In this document: piece after piece, positions 28,076 to 38,015 of the stretch
Numbering within the stretch: position 1 is the first letter of the stretch
How the letters are laid out: every line of letters starts with the position of its first letter
Assembly: GCA_035765895.1 (NCBI GenBank)
Contig: DASTWL010000012.1
Span: 38,565 to 102,564, forward strand
Reading direction: 5' to 3'
DNA length: 64,000 nt
Origin: Verrucomicrobiia bacterium
GTDB lineage: Bacteria > Verrucomicrobiota > Verrucomicrobiia > Limisphaerales > DSYF01
Notes under the pieces: model-generated
Seen by the model: the letters and a program-made list of their open reading frames with translations, nothing else
Database searches by the model: none
Told to the model about the DNA's origin: nothing
Position numbers and translations under genes: made by a program

Positions 28076-28351
28076 ATGAAATTCACCTTCGTCATTGGCG
28101 AAACCGAGAAGCACCACATCGAATATAGTTTCAACCAGCTCGCCGGCCGGCTGGTCGTCAAAGTCAACGAACAGCCCATCCGCCGTTCCGTCCGCCTGTT
28201 CAACGAGCCCACGTTTGAAGTGCATGACTTCACGGTGGGCGAACAGGAACGGCACCAGGTCCGCATCGAAAAGCAGCGCAAACAGCTGTTCGGTCATCGC
28301 AACCGCATCTTCGTGGACAACCGGCTCTACAAGGTGCTGGAAGCCAATTGA
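28076..28351 (+). CDS. hypothetical small protein
   Basis: 91-aa ORF with coding-like codon bias and no recognisable motif. It sits just upstream of the TPR protein on the same strand. Confidence 0.45.
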   Translation: MKFTFVIGETEKHHIEYSFNQLAGRLVVKVNEQPIRRSVRLFNEPTFEVHDFTVGEQERHQVRIEKQRKQLFGHRNRIFVDNRLYKVLEAN

Positions 28352-28399
28352 CGGCAAGCCGCGCCTCGACTTCGCCCCGGCGCGTGCTAGCGTGCCCGC

Positions 28400-29416
28400 G
28401 TGAAATGGCTTTGGTTTGGCTTGCTCGCCGTGTTGACGGCGGGGCGTTGTGGTGCGGAACCCGTCGGTCGGGAGCGCGCTGTCACCAGCGCTTCGGTGCC
28501 CGCGATTTCGGCCACGAACGATCCCGTCGAACTGGCTTACGAGAAGCTGATGACCGACGACGATGCGGCGCTGAAGGAGATTGATGGCTGGATTCAGGAA
28601 AACCGCACGTTTGCGGAGCAGGGCGCGGGCGTGCCGAATGACGAATTGAACCGGCGCATCATGACGCGGCTGGCGCCGATTCGGAAGGCTTACGAGGATT
28701 TTCTCCAGCAACATCCCAACCACAGCCGGGCCCGGCTCGCCTACGCCAGTTTCCTCGAAGACATCCACCAGGAAGACGCGGCTCTGGCGCAGATGCTCAA
28801 GGCGAAGGAGGTGGATCCCAAAAACCCGGCGGTGTGGAACAACCTGGCGAATTACTACGGGCATTACAGTCCGGTGACGAACGCCTTTGCGCATTACGAG
28901 AAGGCCATCGAACTCGACCCGAAGGAGCCGGTTTACTATCACAATTTCGGGACCACGGTGTTTCTCTTCCGCAAGGATGCCATGGCGTATTACGGCATCA
29001 ACGAGCAGCAGGTCTTCGACAAGGCGCTGATGCTTTATTCCAACGCCCTGAGCCTCGACCCGACGAACTTCCTGCTCGCGACAGACATTGCGATGACCTA
29101 CTACGGCATCAAGCCGCCCCGCTCCGAGGCTGCGCTGGCGGCGTGGAATTACGCGCTGAAACTGGCAGACGGCAGCCTGGCGCGTGAGGGTGTGTTCATT
29201 CACCTGGCGCGGACGGAATTGAACGCGGGCCGTTACGCCGCGGCGCGGCGCCATCTTGATGCGGTCACCCATCCCGAACTGGCCGAATTGCGGGATCGCG
29301 TGCGCCGCAACGTGGACGAGAAAGAACGGGAAGCCGCCGGGGCGACGAATCTTCCGGCGGCGGACGTCAAATCCGCGGCGGTCTCGGTCGGCGCCACCAA
29401 CGCGCCGGCGCCGTGA
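28400..29416 (+). CDS. secreted TPR-repeat protein
   Basis: It has a signal peptide (MKWLWFGLLAVLTAGRCGA) and TPR-like repeats (AVWNNLANYYG..AFAHYEKAIELDP). Confidence 0.75.
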   Translation: MKWLWFGLLAVLTAGRCGAEPVGRERAVTSASVPAISATNDPVELAYEKLMTDDDAALKEIDGWIQENRTFAEQGAGVPNDELNRRIMTRLAPIRKAYEDFLQQHPNHSRARLAYASFLEDIHQEDAALAQMLKAKEVDPKNPAVWNNLANYYGHYSPVTNAFAHYEKAIELDPKEPVYYHNFGTTVFLFRKDAMAYYGINEQQVFDKALMLYSNALSLDPTNFLLATDIAMTYYGIKPPRSEAALAAWNYALKLADGSLAREGVFIHLARTELNAGRYAAARRHLDAVTHPELAELRDRVRRNVDEKEREAAGATNLPAADVKSAAVSVGATNAPAP

Positions 29417-29621
29417 TTCGCCATTGGCGCCCGCATCGTTTCTCGCCGCTGGCTTGCGTGCGCGCCGCGCTGTGACGGCAAATGCGTTCTCGCAATCTGC
29501 GATTGGCGCCGTGCGATTTCCTTGCAGCCTGCAACGTTTCCTGCCCCCGCCCGGGCTTCACTTCTTCATGAAACGCCGGATTTTCCACGGTTGTCGCGGG
29601 TTGCAACATTTTCCGTGACGC

Positions 29622-29636
29622 TGGCACGCTCCTTGC
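29622..29636 (+). promoter_or_regulatory. possible sigma-54 (-24/-12) promoter
   Basis: TGGCAC-gctcc-TTGC is an exact match to TGGCAC-N5-TTGC. It lies about 210 nt upstream of the FN3 protein gene. Confidence 0.35.
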
Positions 29637-29847
29637 CAAGGGAGGCGGCGGAACCCGTGGCGGCAGTGTTTTTAACCTCGCCGTGCGGCTCCTGAATGGC
29701 TGGCGTGCGTCGGGGTGAGTTTTGTTTTGCGGCGGGTTCCGATTCGCGGGAGAGCTGAACCCGTCCCGGTCGAGATGGCCGGGCGGGCAGCCCGGGGATC
29801 AAGACAGCGCCACGTTCCGGAGCCGGGCGGCGTCATGGAAAGTTTGA

Positions 29848-30402
29848 GTGTTGAACAAGCGATTGTTGATGCGTGGCGGAATGCGGGCGATGGGCTGGTT
29901 GGGGTTGATACTGCTGGTGGCCGGCCTCGGCCCGGCGGCCCGGGCGGAACGAACCATTCAACTGGCGTGGGACGCCAGTGCCAGTCCGGACGTGGCCGGC
30001 TACTTCGTGTATTCACTGGAGGAAAACGCGCTGGTGCCGACCCGGCTGGATGCGGGGGCGGGCACGCAGGTGACGGTGACCGGACTGAAGGAAGGGTTGC
30101 GCTACGATTTTACCGTCACCGCCTACGATGCGAGCGGGCTCGAAAGCCTGCCGTCCAACCGCGCCACCTTCACGGTGCCCGTGCCCCTGAAAATTCTGCC
30201 GCCCGCGGCGGGTTCCCGCTTGATGCGCCTGCAATTTCCCGTGGCGCCGGCGCACTGGTATGAACTGCAGGTGTCCACGGATTTGAACTCGTGGAGCACC
30301 GTGTGGCAAACCGGGCTCGCGACCAGTTATAGTTGGACGGAGTTTCAAGATCCCCAGAGCGCCGGCGCGAGCAGCCGGTTTTACCGGTTGCAAATTCACT
30401 GA
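29848..30402 (+). CDS. secreted fibronectin type III domain protein
   Basis: It has a signal peptide and an FN3-like segment (IQLAWDASASPDVAGYFVY..YDFTVTAYD). The C-terminal module ends in FYRLQ, as in the protein at 1-702. Confidence 0.7.
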   Translation: MLNKRLLMRGGMRAMGWLGLILLVAGLGPAARAERTIQLAWDASASPDVAGYFVYSLEENALVPTRLDAGAGTQVTVTGLKEGLRYDFTVTAYDASGLESLPSNRATFTVPVPLKILPPAAGSRLMRLQFPVAPAHWYELQVSTDLNSWSTVWQTGLATSYSWTEFQDPQSAGASSRFYRLQIH

Positions 30403-30442
30403 GCGGTTTTGCGCGGCGCAAAACCGGCTGGCGGCCCTGGCT

Positions 30443-31078
30443 TCAGCGCCGGGCCGCGGGCGAAGCCAGCACTTCCAGCGCGCGCAGGCTGGCGGCAGTG
30501 CGTGTCTCGACGGCGAGCTTCGCGAAGATTTCGAGCACGTGCTTCTTAACGGTTGATTCGCTGTTGCCCAGGATGACGGCGATTTCCGCGTTGGTCTTGC
30601 CCTGGGTCAACCACAGCAACGTCTCCGCAGCTCGCGGCGTGAGCCCGAGTGATTCTTCCAGCGGCCTGGCGGAGTCAAAGTTGGGCCTGAATGCGGCGGT
30701 GCCCTGGTGTGTTGCACGTGCGAGGCGCGAGTGGATGGCCGCAAGCAATTCCGCCTTGGCCACGGGCTTGGTCAGGTAATCGTCGGCGCCCAGGTTCATG
30801 CCGGCGCGGACGTCCGGGCGCTCGCCTTTGGCCGTGAGAAAAATGAACGGAACGGCTGCCGTGGCCGCCTCGGTCCGCAGCGCGGTGAGGACGCCGTAAC
30901 CGTCGAGCTCCGGCATCATCACGTCGCACAGAATCAGATCGGGCTGTTCCTGCCGTGCGAGCGCCACGCCCACGACGCCGTTCTCGGCGGCCAGCGGCTG
31001 AAATTGTTCGAGCCGCAACACCGTGGTCAGGTTGCGGCGCATTTCCGGTTCGTCTTCGATGACGAGGATTTTCTTCAT
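30443..31078 (-). CDS. response regulator, REC plus LuxR-type HTH (NarL/FixJ family)
   Basis: The receiver reads MKKILVIEDEP...LILCDVMMPELDG. The C-terminal HTH reads GKTNAEIAVILGNSESTVKKHV. I prefer the start at 31078. Confidence 0.88.
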   Translation of the reverse strand: MKKILVIEDEPEMRRNLTTVLRLEQFQPLAAENGVVGVALARQEQPDLILCDVMMPELDGYGVLTALRTEAATAAVPFIFLTAKGERPDVRAGMNLGADDYLTKPVAKAELLAAIHSRLARATHQGTAAFRPNFDSARPLEESLGLTPRAAETLLWLTQGKTNAEIAVILGNSESTVKKHVLEIFAKLAVETRTAASLRALEVLASPAARR

Positions 31079-31506
31079 GGCATCAGACGGGAACTCGTGC
31101 CGATCCGCTTGTCCCGGTGGAATCGCGAGCGGGCCCGGAGCTGTCCCCACGTGGTGATATTGTCCTCCAGCCGCGGGCCGCGCGCACTGGACCTTTCGGT
31201 CCATTGTTCCTTCCACGGGTTGGCCGTATTCACTGCGGCATGACAAACGAACTGTTCAAAGTCCGCCGCACGCCGGTGGCGCTGGCCCTGGTGCGCGCGC
31301 AAAACCGGCGGCGGCTGCCCGCCGGGCTGGTTTCGTTCACGGTGCCGCCCCGGTCACGGGCCGCCCGCCCGTTGCACGCGGCGCGACTCGCCGCGGAGCT
31401 CGCGGCGTGGCAGGCGAGCGGCGGTGATGCGTGGCGCAAATCCGCGGCCGAGTGATTTCCGAATCTTGTTAAAAATCCAAACCTCAAAGCCAAACAACCT
31501 CATCCC

Positions 31507-32082
31507 ATGAAACCCATTCAACTCATCGTGCTGGCCGGACTTGTGGCCGTCTCCTCGCTGCTCCTGTTCGGCGCCAGCCAGCCCCAGCCCTCGGCCGCCG
31601 TTACGGAGGCGCGCGTGGCCCGGGGCAAATACCTCGTGCAATACGGCGGCTGCAATGACTGCCACACGCCGCTCAAGATGACCGACCAGGGGCCCGTGCC
31701 GGATTTCAGCCGCATGCTTTCGGGCCATCCGGAAGGCACCAAGCTGCCGCCGCCGGAGTTGAAGCAAGGTCCATGGTTCGCCGCGACGGCGGGCATGACC
31801 GCGTGGGCCGGACCGTGGGGCATCAGTTATGCCGCCAACCTCACGCCGGACAAGAATACCGGGCTGGGCATCTGGACGGAGGCGATGTTTGTGAAGGCGA
31901 TGCGCACCGGCAAACACATGGGCGACGGGCGCGGAATCCTGCCGCCCATGCCGTGGCGCGCCGTGGCCGGTTTGAGCGATGACGACATCAAGGCCGTGTT
32001 TGCCTACCTGCGAACCATTCCGGCGATCACCAATCACGTGCCGCATCCCATCGGACCGCACGACGAAGTCACCTTCGAGTGA
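31507..32082 (+). CDS. c-type cytochrome, periplasmic
   Basis: It has a signal peptide and a single CNDCH heme-binding motif. Confidence 0.65.
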   Translation: MKPIQLIVLAGLVAVSSLLLFGASQPQPSAAVTEARVARGKYLVQYGGCNDCHTPLKMTDQGPVPDFSRMLSGHPEGTKLPPPELKQGPWFAATAGMTAWAGPWGISYAANLTPDKNTGLGIWTEAMFVKAMRTGKHMGDGRGILPPMPWRAVAGLSDDDIKAVFAYLRTIPAITNHVPHPIGPHDEVTFE

Positions 32083-32199
32083 ACCGCCGCCGGGACGTTT
32101 AAAATCCTTCAACCCCGTCGTGTATCCGGCCCGCGCGCCGGAGGCCGGCGGGGTTCTGCTTTGGCGGGTCGGGAGCTGGAGATTTCGCGCGGAACGGCG

Positions 32200-32400
32200 T
32201 CACCGTTTGCGGGGCTTCTTCCAGCGAACGCTGAATTTGACGGCTGGCTGGCGGCGGCGATTGACGACGGGGCGATTGCTGCGCCGGCGGCGCCGGTCCC
32301 AGCGGGCCTGGTCGGATAGGAAATGGGTCGTCATCCAGTAACCGGCAAGCACCACCAGCACGACTCCGAGCAGGGCAAGCATCAGCGTGCCAAATCGCAT
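32200..32400 (-). CDS. possible small membrane protein with a highly basic tail
   Basis: MRFGTLMLALLGVVLVVLAGYW is followed by an Arg-rich tail. The longer 125-aa version overlaps the next gene and is unlikely. Confidence 0.3.
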   Translation of the reverse strand: MRFGTLMLALLGVVLVVLAGYWMTTHFLSDQARWDRRRRRSNRPVVNRRRQPAVKFSVRWKKPRKR

Positions 32401-32563
32401 GCCGCGTTTTAACGCGTTGGCAAACTCGTTGTAAAGCCCGGGGGAGTGTCGGATGTCCAACTTCTTGCCGCCGCCCGTCGGGCTGGCCTCGGCGCAGTTG
32501 ACGCCGGACTTGGCGTTTGCCAAGCTGCGCTTATTCCAGAAGCGCAGTTCGCCAAAAAAATTT

Positions 32564-33265
32564 ATGGCCGACTTCAAATTCTCCTGCCCCCATTGTCAGC
32601 AACACATTCAGGCGGATGAGGGCTACGCCGGCATGCAAATCAACTGTCCCGCCTGTCACGGCAGTTTGACGGTGCCGGCTCCCGCTACCGGGCCGGCCAC
32701 CGCCGCGCCACCGGTGCGGTTGACCATTCGCGGTTCCACGGCCGCTCCCGCTGCCGCCGAAGCGCCACCACCACTGCATCAGCCGCCGTCCGCCGGCACC
32801 AACGCCTGTCCGTCCTGCGGTAATGCCCTGGCGCGCGGGGCGGTGCTCTGCACCAAATGCGGCTACAATTTGGTGACCCGCCAACGCACGGTGGCCGGGC
32901 GTCCGGCCGCGCCGGGCAAGCCTCAGGTCCGTTCCGGCGAAGCGCCGTGGTATGCCACGCCGTGGCCGTATCTCGGGTTGGTGGTGGTTTTGCTCGGCGT
33001 GTTCTATGCGCTGGGCCGGCAGAATCCAGCCATGATGCTTGGGTTTGTCGCCGTGACGGTGCTGTATGTGCTCACCGTGCACATCATGGTGTTGGTGGCC
33101 GCGTTCCGCGAGAGCGTGGGGACGGGCTTCCTTGCCCTGTGCATTCCGATTTACGCGATCTACTTCGTCTTCAAGATCAGCGAGAACGACACCTTGAAGG
33201 TGCTCTATGGATTTGCCGTGGTGCTGAACATTGGATTGCGGTTTATTGGCAAATTTGCCGGATGA
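32564..33265 (+). CDS. double zinc-ribbon membrane protein, hypothetical
   Basis: Starting at MADFKF, it has CPHC..CPAC and CPSC..CTKC ribbons and a Pro/Ala-rich linker. The C-terminal half has 3-4 TM helices. Confidence 0.6.
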   Translation: MADFKFSCPHCQQHIQADEGYAGMQINCPACHGSLTVPAPATGPATAAPPVRLTIRGSTAAPAAAEAPPPLHQPPSAGTNACPSCGNALARGAVLCTKCGYNLVTRQRTVAGRPAAPGKPQVRSGEAPWYATPWPYLGLVVVLLGVFYALGRQNPAMMLGFVAVTVLYVLTVHIMVLVAAFRESVGTGFLALCIPIYAIYFVFKISENDTLKVLYGFAVVLNIGLRFIGKFAG

Positions 33266-33266
33266 C

Positions 33267-33746
33267 ATGACGCATGCCGGTCCAGTTCAACGGACGCCCT
33301 CCGCGGAGTGGCGGGGATTCCAGCGCGCGCAACCCGCGTCGGTGTTCTGGCTGGGGAAACACTGTGTCGTGGCCGCGTGGCTTGGGTTGACGTTGGCGGT
33401 GCTCTCGCCGCCGCACGGTTCGGGCGTGGCCCTGTGCTGGGTGGAAACGGCCACGGGCGTCCCGTGTCCCGGCTGCGGCCTGACGCGGAGCCTGAGTTGC
33501 GGCGTCCGGGGCCTGTTTGCGGCGAGCTGGCACTATCACCCCATGGGCCTGCTCATCCTCGGATTGTTTCTGTTCACCGCCGCGCAAAGCCTGCTGCCCG
33601 CCGTCGTGCGCCGACGGCTGGCAGGGTTTGTCGAGGCGCGGGCGCGCCTCTTCAACACGCTTTATCTCGCGTTCGTGGCGGTGTTCGTTGGCTTTGGTGT
33701 CGCGCGGGCGCTGGTGCACCTCGGCGCGGCCTGGCTGCGGGCCTGA
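33267..33746 (+). CDS. DUF2752-family membrane protein
   Basis: It carries the CPGCGLTRS motif characteristic of DUF2752 and several TM helices. The start lies 2 nt after the upstream stop. Confidence 0.65.
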   Translation: MTHAGPVQRTPSAEWRGFQRAQPASVFWLGKHCVVAAWLGLTLAVLSPPHGSGVALCWVETATGVPCPGCGLTRSLSCGVRGLFAASWHYHPMGLLILGLFLFTAAQSLLPAVVRRRLAGFVEARARLFNTLYLAFVAVFVGFGVARALVHLGAAWLRA

Positions 33747-33766
33747 CATGGCCCGGCAACGCGCCG

Positions 33767-34843
33767 TCAGTTGGTGCGCTTGGCGGTGTTGGCGCCTTCA
33801 CCGACGGACCAGACGACTTCCTGGGCCTTGCCTCCCGAGACGGATTTGAACTCCAACTGCACGTCGGTGGTCTTGGCGAAGAACTTCGTGGTCGATTCGG
33901 CGAACAGCACGAACTTCACGCCGCCGACGGTGGCGACGAGCTGGTCGCCGTCGCGCGCCACTTCCACGCCGCCGTATTTGCCGGTGTATTGGTCGAGCGC
34001 GTCCGTCGCGAGCGTGAATTCCTTTTTGCCGGGCTTGCCCAGTTCACGCACCCAGATGTTGCGGTAACGAACCGGGTTGCCGTGGTCCTGGAGGCAGAGG
34101 GGCTGCTTTTCCGGGTGCGGCGAGTAGGGCGCCCGCTCAAGCCAGCTGGTCGGGCCGGTCAGTTCCACGTTGTTTTGCACCAGCACGCCGTTTTGAAACA
34201 CCGTCAGGCGCGTCGGCGAAAGCAGCTTGCCGGCGGCGTCAAAGCGCGGCGCGGTGTAGAGGATGTCGTAGGCCTGCCATTCGCCGGGCGGCCGGCAGAC
34301 ATTCACGAGCGGCGGATACTGGCCGTAAACCGAACCAGCCGAGCCGTCGGCGTAGGTCTTGTTGCCGTAGGAATCGAGCACCTGCACCTCGTAACGATCG
34401 CGGCCCAGGAACACGCCGCTGTTGCCGCGGCCCTGGCCCTCGCCGTGCGCGGGAGACGGCGTCGCCCATTCCACATGGAGCTGGCAGTCGCCGAAATTTT
34501 GCAGCGTGCGAATGAAGCCGCTGCCGCGCACGCATTCCATGTAACCGTCGCGGACGATCCATTTCGTCGGCTTGCCGTCCATGTCGCACCACTGTGAGAG
34601 GTCCTTGCCATCGAACAGCACCACGGCATCGGATGGCGGCTGGCCTGCCTTGTCGGGCGTGCTCGCCGTGCCCGGGTTGACCACCGGCGGCAAGGGCCGG
34701 TCGCGATCATGATCCAGCCAGTTGGGATCGGGCGCGGCGCCGGCCGTGAAGTGGAAACCCAGCAGCGCGCCGAGCACGGACAAAGGACAGCAGCGCCGGA
34801 GCGCCAACGACAAGAGGTGGTTCTTCATAATTTGGTGCGGCAT
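33767..34843 (-). CDS. DUF1080 (3-keto-disaccharide hydrolase-like) domain protein, secreted
   Basis: It has a signal peptide and a DUF1080-like core (W.v.DG.m....G.i.T...FGD..LHVEW......NSGVF....YEVQVLD). Confidence 0.75.
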   Translation of the reverse strand: MPHQIMKNHLLSLALRRCCPLSVLGALLGFHFTAGAAPDPNWLDHDRDRPLPPVVNPGTASTPDKAGQPPSDAVVLFDGKDLSQWCDMDGKPTKWIVRDGYMECVRGSGFIRTLQNFGDCQLHVEWATPSPAHGEGQGRGNSGVFLGRDRYEVQVLDSYGNKTYADGSAGSVYGQYPPLVNVCRPPGEWQAYDILYTAPRFDAAGKLLSPTRLTVFQNGVLVQNNVELTGPTSWLERAPYSPHPEKQPLCLQDHGNPVRYRNIWVRELGKPGKKEFTLATDALDQYTGKYGGVEVARDGDQLVATVGGVKFVLFAESTTKFFAKTTDVQLEFKSVSGGKAQEVVWSVGEGANTAKRTN

Positions 34844-34919
34844 TGATAGCGCAGGGAAGGGGACAGCCCAAGGGATTTTATGCCGGTCTGCGCCGGCTGG
34901 TTCACGAGGCTCCGCCGGT

Positions 34920-37751
34920 TCACGCGCGTCCGTAGTGTTCGACCAGCGCGCGCAGCCGGGCGTTGAAGCCCCCGGCGGCGCGCAGTGTTTCGGTGGTCAG
35001 ATGCATCCGGTAGCGCCAGTAATGCCGCGGATTGGCGGGCACATTGATGCGCTCGGCGTGCGGATCCTCACGGCGCAACGATTCGTCCATGCCCAGCAAG
35101 TCCTGCAATTGAAAAATGCTCCACATGGCCGGCGATGCGAGATGCTGGCGGATGATGGCCTCGTTCAATTCGCCGGAACAATCTGCCGGCGCGGCGCCCG
35201 CCCGTCCGAGTTCCTCATTGAAGAAACGTTGCGTCAGTTGCGCATCCTCGGCCCACCAGCCGCGCAGGGTGCTCATGTCGTGCGTCGAGGGCGTGACCAC
35301 GCTGAGGTAGGGCGCCTCCGCGGGACGCGCGAAGGCCCGGTCCGGAGTTTTGGGCATGCGCTGGATTTCGAGGCTGAGGAGGCCGAGTTCCTTCATCACG
35401 CCGGGCACGCAGCCGGGCACGAGCCCGAGGTCTTCGCCGCAGATGAGCATGTTGGTGGCGCGCTTCAACCCTGGCAGCTTCTGCATGGCCTGCGTCCGCC
35501 AGAACCCATCCTGCCGGCGGAAAAAGTAATCCACATACAGCTCGCGCAACCGCGCCTGCGTGCCGGCATCCAGGGCGCGGAACGAGGCGGTCTTCTCCAT
35601 GTGAAACCGAAAATGAAACTGCCGTCCGCCGTCGCCGTCCGCCGCGAACAGCAGCACGTTGCTGATGAGTTCGAAGAGGCCGAGTTTGAGGCGTTGATCG
35701 TCCTGGGTTGGGGCCGCGGCGAATTCCGTAGTGGGACAGGCATCCTGCCTGTCCGGTGACTCATCCAATTCATCCGCCGCACTGGACCGGCAGGATGCCT
35801 GTCCCACTGCCCGGTTCGCGGGAGGCACGGAGGCGCGTTCGCTGAAATGCTCCTCCACCTGCCGCTGCGTGGCGAATTCCGGGCGCAACGCGAATTGCCC
35901 GGGCGCCACCGGCTGGAGGAACGTGGCTTTGACCGCCTCCGCCCCGGCACCGAACATTTCCCGCAGCACGGCGTCGGTGATGAACGGTGCGAGATAACGG
36001 GCGCGATCGAAGGGAATCCCGCGGGCCGCGAATTCGGCGAGGTCCACGGGAATCGCCGGCACGAAATGCCCCATGATGCCTTCCACGGCGTGCGCGGGAA
36101 TGCTCCAGATGCGAAAGAAGCCGAGGATGTGGTCGATGCGGAACGCGTCGAAGTAGTGGCCCATCTGGGCGAACCGCTGGCGCCACCACGCAAACCCATC
36201 CTCCATCATGCGCGGCCAGTTGTAGGTGGGGAAACTCCAGTTCTGACCTTTTTCTGCGAACGGATCGGGCGGCGCGCCCGCCTGGACGCTGAGATCGTAA
36301 AGTTCCGGCGCCTGCCAGGTATCCGCCCCGTAACGCGAGACGCCAATCGCAATGTCGCCCTTCAGAATCACGCCGCGCGCGTGGGCATGCTCGGCGGCCT
36401 CCTGCAACTGCCGGTGCAGGTGAAACTGGATGAAGTAATGCAACGCCACGGCGTCGAAGTCCGGCGCACTTTCGTCCGCGAGCGCGGCAATCTCCGCGGG
36501 CGTGCAACGCTGGTGTGCCGGCCATTGCCGCGGATCGGCCGAACCGTATTTGTCGCGCAGACAACAGAACACGGCGTAAGGCGTCAGCCAGGGCTGGTTT
36601 TCGGCGAAGAATTTTCGATACGCCGCGCTTTGAAACGTTTTGGCGCGTTGCGCGGTGCAGGCCCTTTTCAGGAACGCCAGCTTGGCCTGCATGACGGCGA
36701 CGTAATCCAGCTCGGGCAGGGCGTTGAGCCGCTGGCGCTCCGGTTCGAGCTCGCGCAACCAGGTTTTGGCCCGGCCCGTGGCCAGCGCCGCGAGGTTCAG
36801 GTAAAGCGGATGCAGTGCGAAGGCCGAAATCGCCGAATACGGATACGAATCCGTCCACGCATGCGTGGCGGTCGTGTCGTTGACCGGCAGGACCTGGATC
36901 AGTTTCAGGCCGGTCTGGGCGCACCAGTCGGCGAGCGGTTTGAGATCTGCGAATTCGCCCACGCCAAAACTGCTTTCGCTGCGCAGGCTGAACACCGGGA
37001 TGGCGACGCCAGCGCCCTTCCAGTCTGGGGCGGGCAGCCGCGCGAAGCCGTCATTCACGACCACCCGGCGCCGCGGCGCGGCAGGCTCTTCGAGTCGGCG
37101 GTTTTCGCCCGTTTCGTAAGCCAGCAGAAACCGCCGTTCCAGATCGAACACGCCGTATTTGTATTCGAGCGGCAACGCATCGCCCGCGAGGGCGAGGGTC
37201 GCCGTCAAAAAGTCCTCGCCGGGCATCCGGTTGAGCAGAACGGGATTCGTGGTTTCCCAACGGCCGAGCGCGGCGGCACTGCCGAGCAGGCACAACGTCT
37301 GGCCGCGCGCCAGCAGCGGGGCCTTCACCTTGAAGGTATGCGTGCCGTTGGCCGGCGCGGGCGTCTGGAACGGGGTTTGCCGCTCGCGCAAAAGCACGGC
37401 CTTGAACGGTTCGGTGTAGAAGGCGTTTTCGACGAAGCCAGCGGCGTTCCAGGCATCCACCACCAACACGTCGCCCTGTGCGCACAGTTCCCGCGTGAGC
37501 CGGCGATCCGTGCCCCAGTCGCTGACGATGGAACCGTCGGCTTCCCGGAGGAGGTAATGATAGGCCAGACCGTCGGCGGGCAGGGCCTCGGGAGTGGGGA
37601 TTTCGAGGGAACCGACCCAGCTTTCCGCGTCGTGATACTGCAACGGCAGGGCGTGGTCCGGGTGGTCGTTGCCGAGCCAGGGATGCGGACCGGTGAGGTG
37701 CAGGGATTGCCCGAATTCGGTGTGGAACCGCAGCTTGAAACTCACCTTCAT
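34920..37751 (-). CDS. malQ: 4-alpha-glucanotransferase (GH77, DPE2-like) with N-terminal starch-binding modules
   Basis: The N-terminus is CBM20-like ([19 protein letters not shown]). The GH77 core reads [30 protein letters not shown]. It carries an in-frame repeat insertion at 35730-35808. Confidence 0.88.
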   Translation of the reverse strand: MKVSFKLRFHTEFGQSLHLTGPHPWLGNDHPDHALPLQYHDAESWVGSLEIPTPEALPADGLAYHYLLREADGSIVSDWGTDRRLTRELCAQGDVLVVDAWNAAGFVENAFYTEPFKAVLLRERQTPFQTPAPANGTHTFKVKAPLLARGQTLCLLGSAAALGRWETTNPVLLNRMPGEDFLTATLALAGDALPLEYKYGVFDLERRFLLAYETGENRRLEEPAAPRRRVVVNDGFARLPAPDWKGAGVAIPVFSLRSESSFGVGEFADLKPLADWCAQTGLKLIQVLPVNDTTATHAWTDSYPYSAISAFALHPLYLNLAALATGRAKTWLRELEPERQRLNALPELDYVAVMQAKLAFLKRACTAQRAKTFQSAAYRKFFAENQPWLTPYAVFCCLRDKYGSADPRQWPAHQRCTPAEIAALADESAPDFDAVALHYFIQFHLHRQLQEAAEHAHARGVILKGDIAIGVSRYGADTWQAPELYDLSVQAGAPPDPFAEKGQNWSFPTYNWPRMMEDGFAWWRQRFAQMGHYFDAFRIDHILGFFRIWSIPAHAVEGIMGHFVPAIPVDLAEFAARGIPFDRARYLAPFITDAVLREMFGAGAEAVKATFLQPVAPGQFALRPEFATQRQVEEHFSERASVPPANRAVGQASCRSSAADELDESPDRQDACPTTEFAAAPTQDDQRLKLGLFELISNVLLFAADGDGGRQFHFRFHMEKTASFRALDAGTQARLRELYVDYFFRRQDGFWRTQAMQKLPGLKRATNMLICGEDLGLVPGCVPGVMKELGLLSLEIQRMPKTPDRAFARPAEAPYLSVVTPSTHDMSTLRGWWAEDAQLTQRFFNEELGRAGAAPADCSGELNEAIIRQHLASPAMWSIFQLQDLLGMDESLRREDPHAERINVPANPRHYWRYRMHLTTETLRAAGGFNARLRALVEHYGRA
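35730..35808. repeat. hairpin-pair (MITE/REP-like) palindromic element inside malQ
   Basis: The terminal inverted repeats are AGTGGGACAGGCATCCTGCC ... GGCAGGATGCCTGTCCCACT. Each arm is itself a hairpin (ggacaggca-tcc-tgcctgtcc and ggaccggca-gga-tgcctgtcc). It is translated in frame as [14 protein letters not shown]. Confidence 0.8.
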
Positions 37752-37869
37752 GCGCCAAGGTTTGCAACAACCGGCGGGCGATTGCCAATGGAAACAACCG
37801 GCGCCGGTTCAGACGACCGCAATGGCCGCCCATGCCGACTGGATGCGAAAACAGGAGGGAATTCCAAGA

Positions 37870-37954
37870 TGGTGCGCACGGCAGGACTTGAACCTGCACG
37901 ATGTTACTCACTAGAACCTGAATCTAGCGCGTCTGCCAATTCCGCCACGTGCGC
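37870..37954 (-). tRNA. tRNA-Leu (anticodon CAG)
   Basis: The reverse complement is GCGCACGTGGCGGAATTGGCAGACGCGCTAGATTCAGGTTCTAGTGAGTAACATCGTGCAGGTTCAAGTCCTGCCGTGCGCACCA. It has a 7-bp acceptor stem, an anticodon stem CTAGA/TCTAG with loop TTCAGGT, a long variable arm, a T-arm GGTTCAAGTCC, and an encoded CCA. Confidence 0.92.
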
Positions 37955-38015
37955 AGCGCGAGTTGCCCGAGTTTGATACGCCGGGGCGGGCGCGGGAGCA
38001 AGCCCAAATGCGCGC

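Noticed and set aside
27839-29272. 477-aa minus-strand ORF opposite the 91-aa ORF and the TPR protein
   Set aside because: The plus-strand TPR protein has a signal peptide and repeat structure. The minus-strand product has no features and would overlap the yyaL 3' end.
35847-37976. 709-aa plus-strand ORF opposite malQ, running across the tRNA-Leu
   Set aside because: It is a shadow ORF. It would overlap a well-supported tRNA and has no recognisable domains.
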